A DNA stretch of 63,636 bases, the filler included, from Globobulimina sp. (Eukaryota): assembly GCA_003354225.1 (NCBI GenBank). It is 49 parts of 49 records of this genome, joined end to end, with 100 filler letters (N's around TTAATTAATTAA, not from the genome) between each part and the next. Parts side by side here need not be neighbours in the genome. Positions count along the whole stretch, not along the records: positions 23,429 to 24,629 come from PIVH01021100.1; positions 24,730 to 25,930 come from PIVH01021101.1; positions 26,031 to 27,231 come from PIVH01021102.1; positions 27,332 to 28,532 come from PIVH01021103.1; positions 28,633 to 29,833 come from PIVH01021104.1; positions 29,934 to 31,134 come from PIVH01021105.1; positions 31,235 to 32,435 come from PIVH01021106.1; positions 32,536 to 33,736 come from PIVH01021107.1; 41 more parts are not named here. The stretch is one strand, 5' to 3'. The notes beneath the pieces were generated by a model, which had not been told where the DNA came from, did no database searches, and was given only the letters and a program-made list of their open reading frames with translations. The position numbers and the translations under genes were made by a program. This document shows positions 24,241 through 36,691 of this stretch, piece after piece; within the stretch, counting starts at the first letter, position 1; the number at the start of each line of letters is the position of its first letter.

Positions 24241-24629
24241 ATGCGTCTTTCCTACACATTAAACATTATGACAGTTGGCAGGTTGAAAAAAATAAATCCG
24301 TCTCTTACAGGAGATGAACGCCGAAGGCGAAAGCGCGAAGGCATTACCGTTATTGTTATCATTGCCGTTGTTGCCCTTCTGACCTTTGCAGAGACCCGGA
24401 TTATCCATTTTGGAGCAGACTTTCCTGTTTCCAATACAATATTGATGTTCATTCTGATCAACATCAATATGCTTCTACTAATATTATTAATATTTCTCGT
24501 TTTCAGAAATCTTGTAAAACTTCTTTATGACAGAAGACGAAAAGTCACCGGCGCGAAGTTGCGGACAAGACTTGTTGTTGCCTTTGTGTCCCTGTCATTG
24601 TTGCCGACAATTGTACTTTTCTTCTTTCC
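24241..24629 (+). CDS. NtrY-like membrane sensor histidine kinase N-terminus (bacterial)
   Basis: LININMLLLILLIFLVFRNLVKL..RRRKVTGAKLRTRLVVAF..LSLLPT. Confidence 0.8.
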
Positions 24630-24729
24630 NNNNNNNNNNNNNNNNNNNNNNNNNNNNNNNNNNNNNNNNNNNNTTAATTAATTAANNNNNNNNNNNNNNN
24701 NNNNNNNNNNNNNNNNNNNNNNNNNNNNN

Positions 24730-25274
24730 TCTATGGATTTGGTATTGCAATAAATGACTATTTGAACGATGATTTGAATCATTCCTTTTTGAAGAGACTA
24801 TGTTTACAAAATAATGGGTTTTATGTGCCGATTCAAGAAAAATATGCAAAGATTGTATTAATGCAATATTTTAAAATGTTGTCAAAGCCAATGTTATTAA
24901 ATGTTTTTGTAAAATATCAATTTGAACATCGAAAGTTAAGTAAAACGAAATTTAATGTCCTATATTATGATGAAACAGATTTGTTTATTTGTGGGGAAAT
25001 TAAAAATCTTAATTTGGAAAAGAATAAAAGTAATTTATCAATGGCAATAAAAGCAACAAATATGGTGAAACAAATGGAAATTAATATAAATAACGGCAAG
25101 AATGCAGAAAGAATTTGTGCATATTTCAAACTTCAACAATTTATAAAAGAAAATAACATTGAAAGTGAGGTGGATAAAAAGGATCAAAATGCACAGAATT
25201 TAATAGCATTGGCATTAAAATATAATTTTTTAACTCCATGGACAGAGTTTCAAATAATACGGAATATTAATTAA
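24730..25274 (+). CDS. VIT/vWA (ITIH-like) protein C-terminal fragment
   Basis: FLKRLCLQNNGF, SKPMLLNV, ERICAY..LQQ, LALKYNFLTPWT. Confidence 0.7.
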
Positions 25275-25487
25275 ATAAACTACGTGTAAATAATTATTTC
25301 CCTTTTTGTTTTTTCTTCGATTTGCACTCATCGCACTTTAATAATAAATATTAAAAAACGAAAACATAGCGAGTAATTTCCAAAATAATACAAAACGGAA
25401 ACCATTTCTAAAAACGGAAAATATAATAATTAAAGGAATAAATAAAAGTTATCATACAACGTTAAAAGTTATCATTTAATAATTATT

Positions 25488-25850
25488 TTATCTTAATGTA
25501 TTTTGTGGAGAATCAGCAAGTTCCATCTCATCATTTTTAGTGACTTCCACAGGCTGATTTTCCGCATTATTTCCACTTTTCTCTTTTGGCATTTCGACAA
25601 AATTCTTATTTGAAACCTTTTCACCATCAATAAATACTTCTTTTTTTGGCCGCCGACTCAAAAAAAACCATATCAACACAGCAAACACCACCACAAAAAC
25701 CGCAGCAACCACAACAACCAACGAAATAATATTAAGTGTACTGTCTGCATCCGATGCAGTTTCACCATCACCTATCAAATCATAATTAGTCCACACTGAG
25801 TCACTGGATTCATCATACGGACTGTCACCAACATCAAACCAATAACCTAC
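25488..25850 (-). CDS. Single-pass membrane protein C-terminus
   Basis: Hydrophobic helix IISLVVVVAAVFVVVFAVLIWFF followed by RRPKK. Confidence 0.5.
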   Translation of the reverse strand, partial: VGYWFDVGDSPYDESSDSVWTNYDLIGDGETASDADSTLNIISLVVVVAAVFVVVFAVLIWFFLSRRPKKEVFIDGEKVSNKNFVEMPKEKSGNNAENQPVEVTKNDEMELADSPQNTLR

Positions 25851-26030
25851 ACCAACATATATATCACATAATGAATATAAAATATACACAGTACACACCG
25901 GGATCGTTAACGTGCCCCATAAACAATACGNNNNNNNNNNNNNNNNNNNNNNNNNNNNNNNNNNNNNNNNNNNNTTAATTAATTAANNNNNNNNNNNNNN
26001 NNNNNNNNNNNNNNNNNNNNNNNNNNNNNN

Positions 26031-27148
26031 TATTTGCCGCCACACCAAATGCTGCGGATAACTTATTTCGAACATGGCCCAAAGTTGGATGTTGTACACC
26101 GTTATTAATTGCGGATTGCATTTCGATTAACTTCTTGGTGTCATCTTTGATGTCATCGTTTAATACACCATATAAACCGTCCAATGTGTTCAATCTCAGT
26201 ACGAATGGTTTGTCTCTTTCGAACATTTCATGCATCGCACAGCCAGAATCACCTGCTTTCAATTTGAATTGTCGAGAATCGTAAAATAAACAGTCATCGC
26301 CGGCTGCTTTGAACACGTTGCTAATTATATGCAATGTCGTATTAATGTCCGTACCTAATTTGCCGGTGGCTGCAGTATTAAGTATTTTCTTTGTGAACGC
26401 AGTGGCTTTTTTTGAATTATCCGAGGTTTGTTCTTTGACAATATCTTGTAACTCATGATATGACTGAACAAATGGCAAACATCCTAAATTGTACAAAAAA
26501 ATATAAACAAACCTTCATTTTATCAAGTTCACATTTTGATGTTGCTTTAAATGTTTGTCCAATTTCTTTGACGGATGTTTGAAATTTTGCTGTTTTGGTT
26601 GCTTTTTCAAAATTTTGTTTAATGTCTGTCATTTGTTTATGTTCCTTGGGGGTCATTTGGTATATTTTAGTGATATAATTATCGTCAGTGTCTTTCTCCT
26701 CTTCTTTAATATCGCCAAATGAAACAAAAACATACTGCAATTCAGACATACCGACACCACACTCTTTCAACAATAACTCATTTGCAAAGGTTTTCCCACT
26801 GCATTCAAACGACACACTCTGTGAATATAATTTTTGTGCTTGCTTTTTCATCCCTTTCTGGCTATATTGTTTAATTAAGTAAGCTTTATAAATGTTTTTT
26901 AATTCTAACACCGTGATTGAAATATCAACATATAAAATATGCTCTGATTTGTCGTCATTATTTATGAATAGTACGGCAGCACATTCTCCTTTGCCTTTTG
27001 TAGGCCGCCGAAGAGAGTCAATGCGCTCTGCTACAAAAATGGAAGACACATTGGTGCAGCCAAGCTTATAATGGTCCAATGTTTGCTGTTTGTTGTGTGT
27101 TTTGTTGTGTGTTGTTATTTGTTTTTGTTTTTCACATAACTTTTTCAT
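26031..27148 (-). CDS. Hypothetical eukaryotic protein (frame change near 26490)
   Basis: Two long overlapping minus-strand ORFs; no clean intron restores the frame. Confidence 0.4.
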
Positions 27149-27571
27149 TCAGGACTTGTCCCATAAATAACAATACAATATTTGCTTCATTTAATGTTTC
27201 GCCACATTTTGTCTTATATTTTTGGATATATNNNNNNNNNNNNNNNNNNNNNNNNNNNNNNNNNNNNNNNNNNNNTTAATTAATTAANNNNNNNNNNNNN
27301 NNNNNNNNNNNNNNNNNNNNNNNNNNNNNNNAAAACCTGGTTCACTTTGAGTATGGTATGAGTACAGCACCTACCGAGCTCAGGTATTGTTGCTTATGCA
27401 TATCTATGTGTAATAGAAGAATTAGAAAAAATTCCACGGAGATGAACTATATAATTTGGCAGAAATTCCTGCTATCAAGAAAGTCAATGGACAATAGAGG
27501 GGAAGTAATGGAATCAATAAATGTTTGTTTTAATGGTATTTATGGATTTAAATTGATTTAAAATTTACAGT

Positions 27572-27647
27572 TGTCGCATAGCTCAAGCAGAGCACTGTAT
27601 GGAATGTATACATACAGCAGATTCAGGTTCAAATCCTGATGCGATCC
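27572..27647 (+). pseudogene. tRNA-like element (pseudo-tRNA / SINE head)
   Basis: Acceptor GTCGCA/TGCGAT, D-arm GCTC-AAGCA-GAGC, T-arm TCAGG-TTCAAAT-CCTGA; abnormal anticodon arm CTGTATG-9nt-CATACAG. Confidence 0.6.
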
Positions 27648-27913
27648 CAGCAAATACATATAAATCAGTAAAAAAAAATACATATAAATTGTGGCAATCA
27701 CCAGCCACCAAATGCAAGCTAGCAATGAAATTGGAATTGGAAAGAAATGAAAAATAAATAATAGTGGTAATCATCAGCCACCAAAAAAAAATATTGTGGT
27801 AATCATCAGCCATTAAATGATATGGTGGAAAAGGATAATTGTGATAACGGCCTAGTGCACGGCCATCAAATTTTATGATGTTGAAAGAGGAACGAGATGA
27901 AGGCATGAAGCTG

Positions 27914-28178
27914 TTTGTAATGAACACAAAAAAAATGTGGTCTTGTTGCAAGGATCGTTTAGATTAAAAATATGTAATTAATTGAATTCATATTTGCGCG
28001 TAAATGCCGCAATTTTGTCCGATATCCTAGCACCTTAGTAACTAATGAGATTGTTAGAAGTTTTAAATGTCAAACACAAATTTGCAGCATTTACGTGCAA
28101 ATATGAATTCAATTAATTACATATTTTAAATCTAAGCGATCCTTGCAACAAGACCACATTTTTTGTGTTCATTACAAA
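27914..28178. repeat. ~104-bp imperfect inverted repeat pair (foldback/MITE-like)
   Basis: 27914-28018 vs 28076-28178 complementary with several mismatches; 57-nt spacer. Confidence 0.85.
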
Positions 28179-28451
28179 TGGTCAAAAATCCTATGATAAT
28201 TTTACTGGGAACTGTGAACCGAGTTATGTTTATATGCATTATTCTCGTAGAATTTGCTTCCATGCCGCGCAATATCGCTACAGGACGTACCTGGCAATGC
28301 CACGCGAATTCATCTCAATCTGGCACATATTCTGAAAGACTTTTTGATTGCTTTCACATATATTCATCCGCTTATATAACATTATGATTTCTTGCGTTTT
28401 GATATTCCATTGATCAATGATAATATATAAACAGGCGCCATACCGCCAATA

Positions 28452-28519
28452 TCCCACGCCAGGATTTTAACCTGGATTCCTACATAAAAACAGTGCTCTT
28501 CTAATTGAGCTACGTGCGT
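28452..28519 (-). pseudogene. Second tRNA-like element
   Basis: Reverse strand CACG-TA-GCTC-AATTAGAA-GAGC...CCAGG-TTAAAAT-CCTGG-CGTG; degenerate anticodon arm. Confidence 0.5.
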
Positions 28520-28662
28520 AATCGCCAATAACNNNNNNNNNNNNNNNNNNNNNNNNNNNNNNNNNNNNNNNNNNNNTTAATTAATTAANNNNNNNNNNNN
28601 NNNNNNNNNNNNNNNNNNNNNNNNNNNNNNNNATGCCAAAATAACACATATTATCATTCGGT

Positions 28663-29833
28663 TCAACAATGCAAAATTCGCATTATGCCGAAATCGTAAA
28701 AGATGCGATCGCTGAGCACAATAAAATGTTTTTCAAACTCAGTAAACGAATAAGAACAATTAATATTCAAATGTCGTACCTTACTCCTTTCCTTTACCCG
28801 TTGTCTAAACACAGCTTCTCGAACATTGATAAATTCCTTTGCCGACGTGGTTTGATCCTCAATTTGTTGCAACATCTCATGCTCAGTATAATGGCCAGTG
28901 CGATTATTCATAAATGTGGTAAATTTCACAGTTTCTCGCATGATTTCCTCCTCCGTCGCATCTGCAAAATCGTACCAATGGATCTTAAATCTTTGCAACT
29001 TACTCACATTCGGTATGTCCATTCTCGCTCGAAATGCCGCCCAAAATGACATAATCACCACACTCACCGCAAACATCGCAAAAGGAACCACGCCTTCAAC
29101 CACGCAGTCCGCCGCATATTTCGAATCAGACAAATCATAAAAAAGCACATTCTCTTCAAACATGACCCACCAGACACATGAAACTGAATTGGCCCACAAC
29201 AAAAAATATAATATTGATATCCCGCAGCATAACAACAGCCGAAATAGCATAATCAACGTTGGATTTTGCCCCAACGAACACTTCTGGAATTTGCCCAATT
29301 CCTTACCTAATAAATTAAGTTCAGCCTCGTGATAATTCACTTCTTTTTGCGACGAGAAACACCACGACAGCATATCGTACGGAGTGCAGTTATTAAACCA
29401 ACCCACAGTCCAATACACTTTCTTTGCCTTCGATTGACTGTCACGCGTCACATCCAACATTGGTGCCATTTGCCACGACGTGGGACACATACAACTGCAC
29501 AAAACATAAAAAAAAAGCAGTTCTACGCTGTTACACATATAACAAACACATACCAACACGATGTGCGATCGCAATATGATTTGGCCCGTTGCGTCAATAA
29601 CTCATTGCGTTCCTGATCCACTTTTTGTAGTTTAGCCGTTAAATCTTGCTCTAAATCCTCCTCCTCATATTTCCACCGTCTTTGTATGACTCGCTGTCTT
29701 TGGGCGATGCGTAAAGATATCCTTTGCACTTTTACTCTGGATTTGTATTTCTCCATTTCGTCAATATACTCAATCACTTTTATCCCACGGCAACAACAAC
29801 AAAATACATCGGCGCACGAACTGTGCGACGGCC
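28663..29833 (-). CDS. Hypothetical multi-pass membrane protein (multi-exon)
   Basis: Long minus-strand ORFs with hydrophobic helices and an intron-like gap near 29500-29550. Confidence 0.45.
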
Positions 29834-30286
29834 NNNNNNNNNNNNNNNNNNNNNNNNNNNNNNNNNNNNNNNNNNNNTTAATTAATTAANNNNNNNNNNN
29901 NNNNNNNNNNNNNNNNNNNNNNNNNNNNNNNNNTCAAAACCTTGAGAAACGTTTCTATCTGCAGCGGGACAGAAGAATCGCAAAGTTCCAAAATCCCAAA
30001 AGTCTATGGATCCTAAAACATGAACGACAATGATTATGAAAATATGTATAAAGATCCAAGCCCATACATAAATTCTACAACTTTTTGTCGTCCTCCACTT
30101 TTGTCGTCCTCAGAATAAAATGAAACTAGCTCACTCTAAATGACATAGAACCCCAGGAAGAACAAATACTTTGTCCTCCCAGGGGGATAAAATGTTATCT
30201 TGTAAATCCTTTCGAAAATCGTAATATTGCATAATCGCGGCTATTGCTAATTTTATACTTCACACAATAATTTTACAATCAAACAA

Positions 30287-31134
30287 ATGGAGTGTTTGAG
30301 CAAACTTTTAGTGTTTCGTCAAATGACAGACACATTATCAACAACAGAATTTAATGCATTCAAACAACGATTTTGCAAACAGCTGGATCGTGCAACATTG
30401 TTACAAATTGTATTTGATGGATTAAATAAAAAAAGAAATCCGATCGACATCAATCAGATATTTAACATTACCAAAAATATCATTGATGCAAGAAAACCAA
30501 CACCATCATCAACATCATCACCGTCACCACCAAAATTGATAAGTATTTCTAGTTTATCATCGTCCATAATACAGTACATTGGCACTCATTTAACATTACA
30601 GAATTTATTAAATTTTGAGAAAACAAATCGATTCATTGCACACAGTCTATTATCACCAGCAGCTGTTACAACTATCACTGATATTGATCATAAATGGATA
30701 CATAAATGGTTACTGTATAGAGCCACAGCTCAAACAACAATTAAAGTGAACATTCATGGATGTTATTTTAATGCTGGTTATGAATATATTGAATCTTCAA
30801 TTAAAAATGATTTAAATCGATTTAAAACTGTAACAAACTTACATTTTAATGTCGACGCAGATGATGATTTAACATATTTTGGTGAAGCTGTCAATTATTT
30901 AAGAAATAATCAAAAGGCTGACCTCTATTTTAGTAGCACTGTTTTTGAAGTATTGCAAATATTTAAATCCCTCAAACACTTAGATTTTTCAGTTAATATT
31001 AAAACATTATTTGTTGAGGGTACCATTGATATCATTAAGAATAATGCAGCCAACTTAGAATCGCTTATCTTAAGAAATCATCATCCAATGCAGATGGCGG
31101 AATTATTTACAAATATGAATTTACAAAATCAGAA
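30287..31134 (+). CDS. F-box-like domain protein N-terminus
   Basis: ISSLSSSIIQYIGTHLTLQNLLNFEKTNRF; open to the contig end. Confidence 0.5.
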
Positions 31135-33369
31135 NNNNNNNNNNNNNNNNNNNNNNNNNNNNNNNNNNNNNNNNNNNNTTAATTAATTAANNNNNNNNNN
31201 NNNNNNNNNNNNNNNNNNNNNNNNNNNNNNNNNNGCTTAATTTTGGTAAATACATTGACTTTGTTTTGCTGTCGATATTTGTGTGGGGTAATTAATAATT
31301 GATGCATTTTTTGTAATTGTATTTGAGTAATATTTATATTATTTGAATCTGATAGAAATTCATCCAAAATATTGTATTTGTTGATTCCCAAAATATTGAC
31401 AAGTTGTAACATTGTGTTGTCGTTATCGTTGTCGTTGTCGTTGTCGTTGTCATGAGTATGTGATGATTGCTGCTTAAATAGTTTATGTATAGATTGTTTA
31501 GTAATTTTTTCATTTGAAAAATGGTGGGTTGTTAGTTGTAATGTCATTTGGGTTGGTGTATAATTAATGGATGGTATAAATCTCACAAACTAATAATAAG
31601 TGAAATTTAGATAGCTGATATAGAGGAGCTATATATATCCAGTGAGACTAATTAATTTTTGTTTGTTTCTTTGATGATTAGTTGTTGAGAAATGATAAAA
31701 TTAAATTAATATTAATACAATGTGTGAGGTCAGAGAATTGATGTGTTAAGCACATCCTGCCATCATCAATCGCTAATTTTATCCGCACCGTTTCCATGGA
31801 CTTGGGCGAGAGTGTATAATATCCAGGAAATTCTTTAAATCGTCATAAAACGACAATAAATATAATAGAATATCTTGTATATGTTATATTGTTTCTGCAT
31901 GATCTGATGTTGTCTCTGTTTGAAAAACTTTTTAGTTGTTGTGCCACTTTACATTTTTCCTTTTGTTTTTGTTATTGATTGTGATTTTCTATTCAAATAT
32001 AATTGTCATTCTACCCATTTTCAGGACAAATTAGCCGAAAGAAAAAAACATTGTCTCCTTGCACTTGTCTGATGTTTACCACCGTATCACAACAACGTTA
32101 CAAGAAATTTCATGAATTTAGCCACCTCATTAACTGATTAACAATTTAAGTTACAAATACATATAGTACGTCATAATGCAGATTAAAATGTCATTATTTT
32201 GGTTCTATTGTTTTTTTTTATTTTTTTTATTTTTTTTTCTTTTTTTTTTCCTCTCATTTGCCTTCTTTATCCTTTTGTATAATGTATAACAATATGACCC
32301 AAATCCCAAAAGGAATACGATCCATATCACTATAAATAATGCAATTGACTGGTCGCTGCTTAACAGAGTTGTTTTTGGGTGCAAAAAAAAATCCACCACC
32401 CTGTAGTCGTAAATATTGAAATAATTACCCATATTNNNNNNNNNNNNNNNNNNNNNNNNNNNNNNNNNNNNNNNNNNNNTTAATTAATTAANNNNNNNNN
32501 NNNNNNNNNNNNNNNNNNNNNNNNNNNNNNNNNNNGTATTATGAAACAAGAACATTTGACAATAAACACAACAATGACAATGTATAATTTAACTTTATTA
32601 GTATTTAATTTACAATTTTCCTACAATAGACATGTTTGTGTTTCTCAATTGCAATCGGTGTATGATATCTGTTGCAGTTTAGTCGGTATCGAGATGGTTG
32701 AGCTCAAAAATTAACTCTGGTTCTTGGGCTTTCGGAGTCTGCTTTGTGACCTTTGTCAGATTCAACTCCTAAACACTACAAAATAAGTATGTTTGCTACA
32801 TTTTAAACCTTCACCAAAACTAATGAGTGAAAAAAAAAACAAAAAAATAAAAAAAAAAATGAAAAAAAATAAATCAAAAAAAAACATTTAAAATTATAAA
32901 TTAAATTGTTTGCATTGTTTAATCAATATCCAATAAAAACTCATTTGTGGCATTATCCAATTTATTAATATGCTGTCTCACTTCATCATTTTCATCCACA
33001 TTTCGTGCACCACTGTTCTGACACTCATCGTTCTCTTTCATTTCCGTATCATACTCATTATTCTTCACATTTCCATTCGTTGCATTAATCTGAATATCCT
33101 CCGAGTCGTCGGTCGTAGTATCACTGTCATCCGACAACGCTTCCACATTCCCATTGCTATTCGTTTCTGTTTTCCTATTATTATAACTCTGCAAATTCTG
33201 CGCAAATATATTGGCATTATTGCCACAATTATCACTGTTCCTTTTCTCCATTTTATTCTTAAAATAATTCTCTTTCTTCTCAATTTCCTGCGAATATCGC
33301 ACATCAATCCGCGACGTAATTTGCTTCACCACATTGATCCACGCAATCCTCGTCCCCGCCGCCTGTGCC

Positions 33370-33678
33370 TTATTCGCAGAATACTTCAAAAAAGCTTGGA
33401 AACTTAAAGAAATTGGATATCTTTAGGAATTTTTCATTGGCTTTGGTAATTGTAAATTTCTTTGATTCCGATTCTGCTTGTCGATATATACCGATGATAA
33501 GATTGACACCCAGTGAATCGACCACATCAACATCTTTAACATTTAAAACGATATGCTCAATTGATTGCTCGCTTTTCAATTTTTTCAAAATCGCATCACG
33601 TAAACTTTCGACATGACTGGCTGTCAAATCACTGCCTGGAATAATCGTTAATTTTTTATCTCTTCGCGATATTTTCAT
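33370..33678 (-). CDS. STAS-domain anti-sigma-factor antagonist (bacterial)
   Basis: DLTASHVESLR, IVLNVKDVDVVDSLGV (phospho-acceptor Ser in DSxG). Confidence 0.85.
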   Translation of the reverse strand: MKISRRDKKLTIIPGSDLTASHVESLRDAILKKLKSEQSIEHIVLNVKDVDVVDSLGVNLIIGIYRQAESESKKFTITKANEKFLKISNFFKFPSFFEVFCE

Positions 33679-33837
33679 CCTGACCTTTTAAAATCGTTTA
33701 TTAATTCATGAATCAAGTAAATTTAAAATTAGCTTTNNNNNNNNNNNNNNNNNNNNNNNNNNNNNNNNNNNNNNNNNNNNTTAATTAATTAANNNNNNNN
33801 NNNNNNNNNNNNNNNNNNNNNNNNNNNNNNNNNNNNC

Positions 33838-35036
33838 GAAGATATTAAATCCTTTTCATATGAGCGATAATATGAATATAATATTGATATTGGATCAAAT
33901 AACCAGACCTATTCCTCAGATGTGATACAATTGCAATCACTGTATAACATATCCTATAATAATGGTGACATAAATGATGGCATTATTGATATTGTATCCT
34001 ATGCATTTGATACAAATAGTACATATATTTCCGGTTTTTATGGAGTAAATGATATGAATGCTGCACCAAATGACTCATGTTATACATATTTCCAAACCAC
34101 AACCACAGAAGTACCAATTATTGAAGATGGTGATGAGAATAAGACAGTATTAATTGCAATATCATTGGTTGCAGTAGCTATATTATTATTATTTACTGCT
34201 TTAATTCTCGTAATCTGTTATTTTCGACATTTAGCTTGTTTTAAATTAGAATGGGATAAAAAACCTATAACAAAAACAGCAGCAATAGCAACAGCAGCAA
34301 CAGCAGCAACAGCAACAAAAGGCGAAGGAGAAACAATGAATGTGGTGGATAATCAGCATATAAAGTCCGGGTCAATACGAATCAGTAGTAAAGACGTAGC
34401 ATATTTACGGGCAAAAACAGTGAATAAGGATTCAGATGCCGTGGCTGCAAAGCATTTAAAAGTAAAGCAAGGTGTATCTGAGCGGGTATTGCAACCTTCA
34501 GATTTACAAAAAAGTATAAGAAGAGAAGATATTGGAAATGGTAACCAGGAGGAAAATCAGGCAATTTATTATTCAAATTCAATATATCAAAGTAATAAAA
34601 GTAATAAAAGTCATGCTATGGACAAATCATATGATTATGGCAGACATAGTAATAGAAGTCATCAACAACAAGATACGCAGGAATATGGCCCATTAAGTCA
34701 ATATTCATCATCGCCCGATGTAGCAGCGGCCGCCGATATGATCGAATTAGAACATATTAACATTAATAAACATGTTGGATCTGCGGATTTTGAGAAAGAA
34801 AACAAGATCGATGATGTATTAAATAAAGCAAAACGTAGTAACAAAGTGATTGAATTTACAGATTTTGAGAAAGAATTAAAATTAATAAAAATAATTGGTC
34901 AGGGCTCCTTTGGTAAAGTGTATAAAGCAAAATGGGATGCGGAATTTGTGGCGGTTAAAATATTTACATCCGCCTCCAATAGTAATGCAACGATGGCAAT
35001 GTCGCGCTCATCAAAAACTTCGCATATATCAGGCAA
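33838..35036 (+). CDS. Single-pass receptor-like TKL protein kinase fragment
   Basis: TM helix VLIAISLVAVAILLLFTALILVICYF; kinase start IGQGSFGKVYKAKW..VAVK. Confidence 0.85.
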
Positions 35037-35136
35037 NNNNNNNNNNNNNNNNNNNNNNNNNNNNNNNNNNNNNNNNNNNNTTAATTAATTAANNNNNNNN
35101 NNNNNNNNNNNNNNNNNNNNNNNNNNNNNNNNNNNN

Positions 35137-35520
35137 AAAAAAAATATTCTTCTTGTTGAAGATGAGATTGCTATCTCTGATGTGCAATATAAGGTATTGA
35201 CTCAAGATCCCTGTAATCACATTGTTGACGTTGCTAATAATGGACAGATTGCAATAGATTTATTTAATAGAAACCAATATGATTTAATAAGTTTGGATTA
35301 TATTCTTCCAGGAGGAATCAGTGGTATGGATGTTTATAATCATATAAGAAATAAAAACAAAACTATTCCGATTCTGTTTATTTCAGGTAATATTGAATTT
35401 TTAGAGTCAATAAAAGCGTTGAAACAAAACGACCTTTATATAGATCACCTATCAAAGCCATGTCAGAATAAGGATTATATTAGTGGTATCAATATACTTT
35501 TTGAAAACAATTCTGCTTAG
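35137..35520 (+). CDS. Response-regulator receiver domain (C-terminus of a bacterial hybrid kinase)
   Basis: ILLVEDE, YDLISLDYILPG, ILFISG, LSKP. Confidence 0.88.
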   Translation, partial: KKNILLVEDEIAISDVQYKVLTQDPCNHIVDVANNGQIAIDLFNRNQYDLISLDYILPGGISGMDVYNHIRNKNKTIPILFISGNIEFLESIKALKQNDLYIDHLSKPCQNKDYISGINILFENNSA

Positions 35521-36067
35521 ATAAATATTAAATTTTTTTATAATAATTAACTGTTCACTAATGGCATAATCGCTCAGGAGTCAAATCCTCCAATCCACCG
35601 AGCGTTTCTTTCACCAGTAATGATATTTGTCATTTTTTCAATCCACGATATATTGTATGGGTAAACCACAATTTTTCTTTGTCTGCTAAAGCGCTAAAGT
35701 TGACAATGTTCGGCATCAGCGTTGAGGGTCAAAACCTTCCGGTTCCCCTCCGGTCCTTTGAAACGTCTGGAATAGTCTGCCCAAAAGCTATATTGAATTG
35801 AAACGAAAGGTCTTTTGTCTGTTTTCGAAATTGCTATCAGAAAACTGTTATCTCAATTGCCAATTCAGAATTATTTTACTTTCAAGTGTGCGTTATGGTA
35901 CTCAATCTAGCCATGTCTATTGAAACTATACATCCGGTAATATTTCATAAAATCATAAAATACCGATGTTTTGTGATTGCTTGCATCAAAAGCATTCATT
36001 TGACAAATAATGTCCTTGTGCATAAATTATCGGCGATAAAAAAGTATAATTCAAATAAGGAGCTATT

Positions 36068-36336
36068 ATGAAAATCACCATATTACAGGGAAGCGCTCGA
36101 AAAAAAGGAAATACTGCCAAGGTGTTAGCTTGGGTTGAAGATGAACTAACAGGCATGGGGCATGAAGTTGATAGTATCTACCTGCATTCCAAAAACCTGA
36201 AAGGTTGCATGGGATGCGGAAAGTGTAAGGAACAAACTGATACTATTGGATGTGTTCAAAAAGATGATGTGCCTGATGTTTTGGAAAAAATGATCAATTC
36301 ACAATTGGTTATTTTTAGCTCTCCGCCATATTTCTG
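36068..36336 (+). CDS. Iron-sulfur flavoprotein / flavodoxin-family protein N-terminus (bacterial)
   Basis: GSARKKGNT, CMGCGKC...C, FSSPPYF; Shine-Dalgarno AAGGAG at 36057-36062. Confidence 0.88.
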
Positions 36337-36691
36337 NNNNNNNNNNNNNNNNNNNNNNNNNNNNNNNNNNNNNNNNNNNNTTAATTAATTAANNNNNNNN
36401 NNNNNNNNNNNNNNNNNNNNNNNNNNNNNNNNNNNNGGAGGGCTGGATTGACGTTGAGATATATTCCAACCACAACTCAAGTAATTGAAGATCCGCAGGA
36501 TAGTGATGCAATAAAATCTGGTTCGGTTTATTTACTGAGAGGACAAACGCATGGACCCACACAAAATAGATATAGAACTGTTCCACAATTTGACGCAAGT
36601 CGACATTTTATGCCATCAAAGCCTTGTAAATTTGTACAAAAATATTGTAAATAAATTATAGTATATGTTTATTATAATTAATTGTTGTACG

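Noticed and set aside
27572-27647. Functional tRNA gene
   Set aside because: The D-loop lacks GG, the anticodon loop is not 7 nt, and the excess is too short to be a plausible intron.
35550-35800. Possible small gene between the receiver-domain and flavoprotein genes
   Set aside because: The minus-strand frames I translated are interrupted by stops, the ORF track lists nothing here, and no motif is recognisable.
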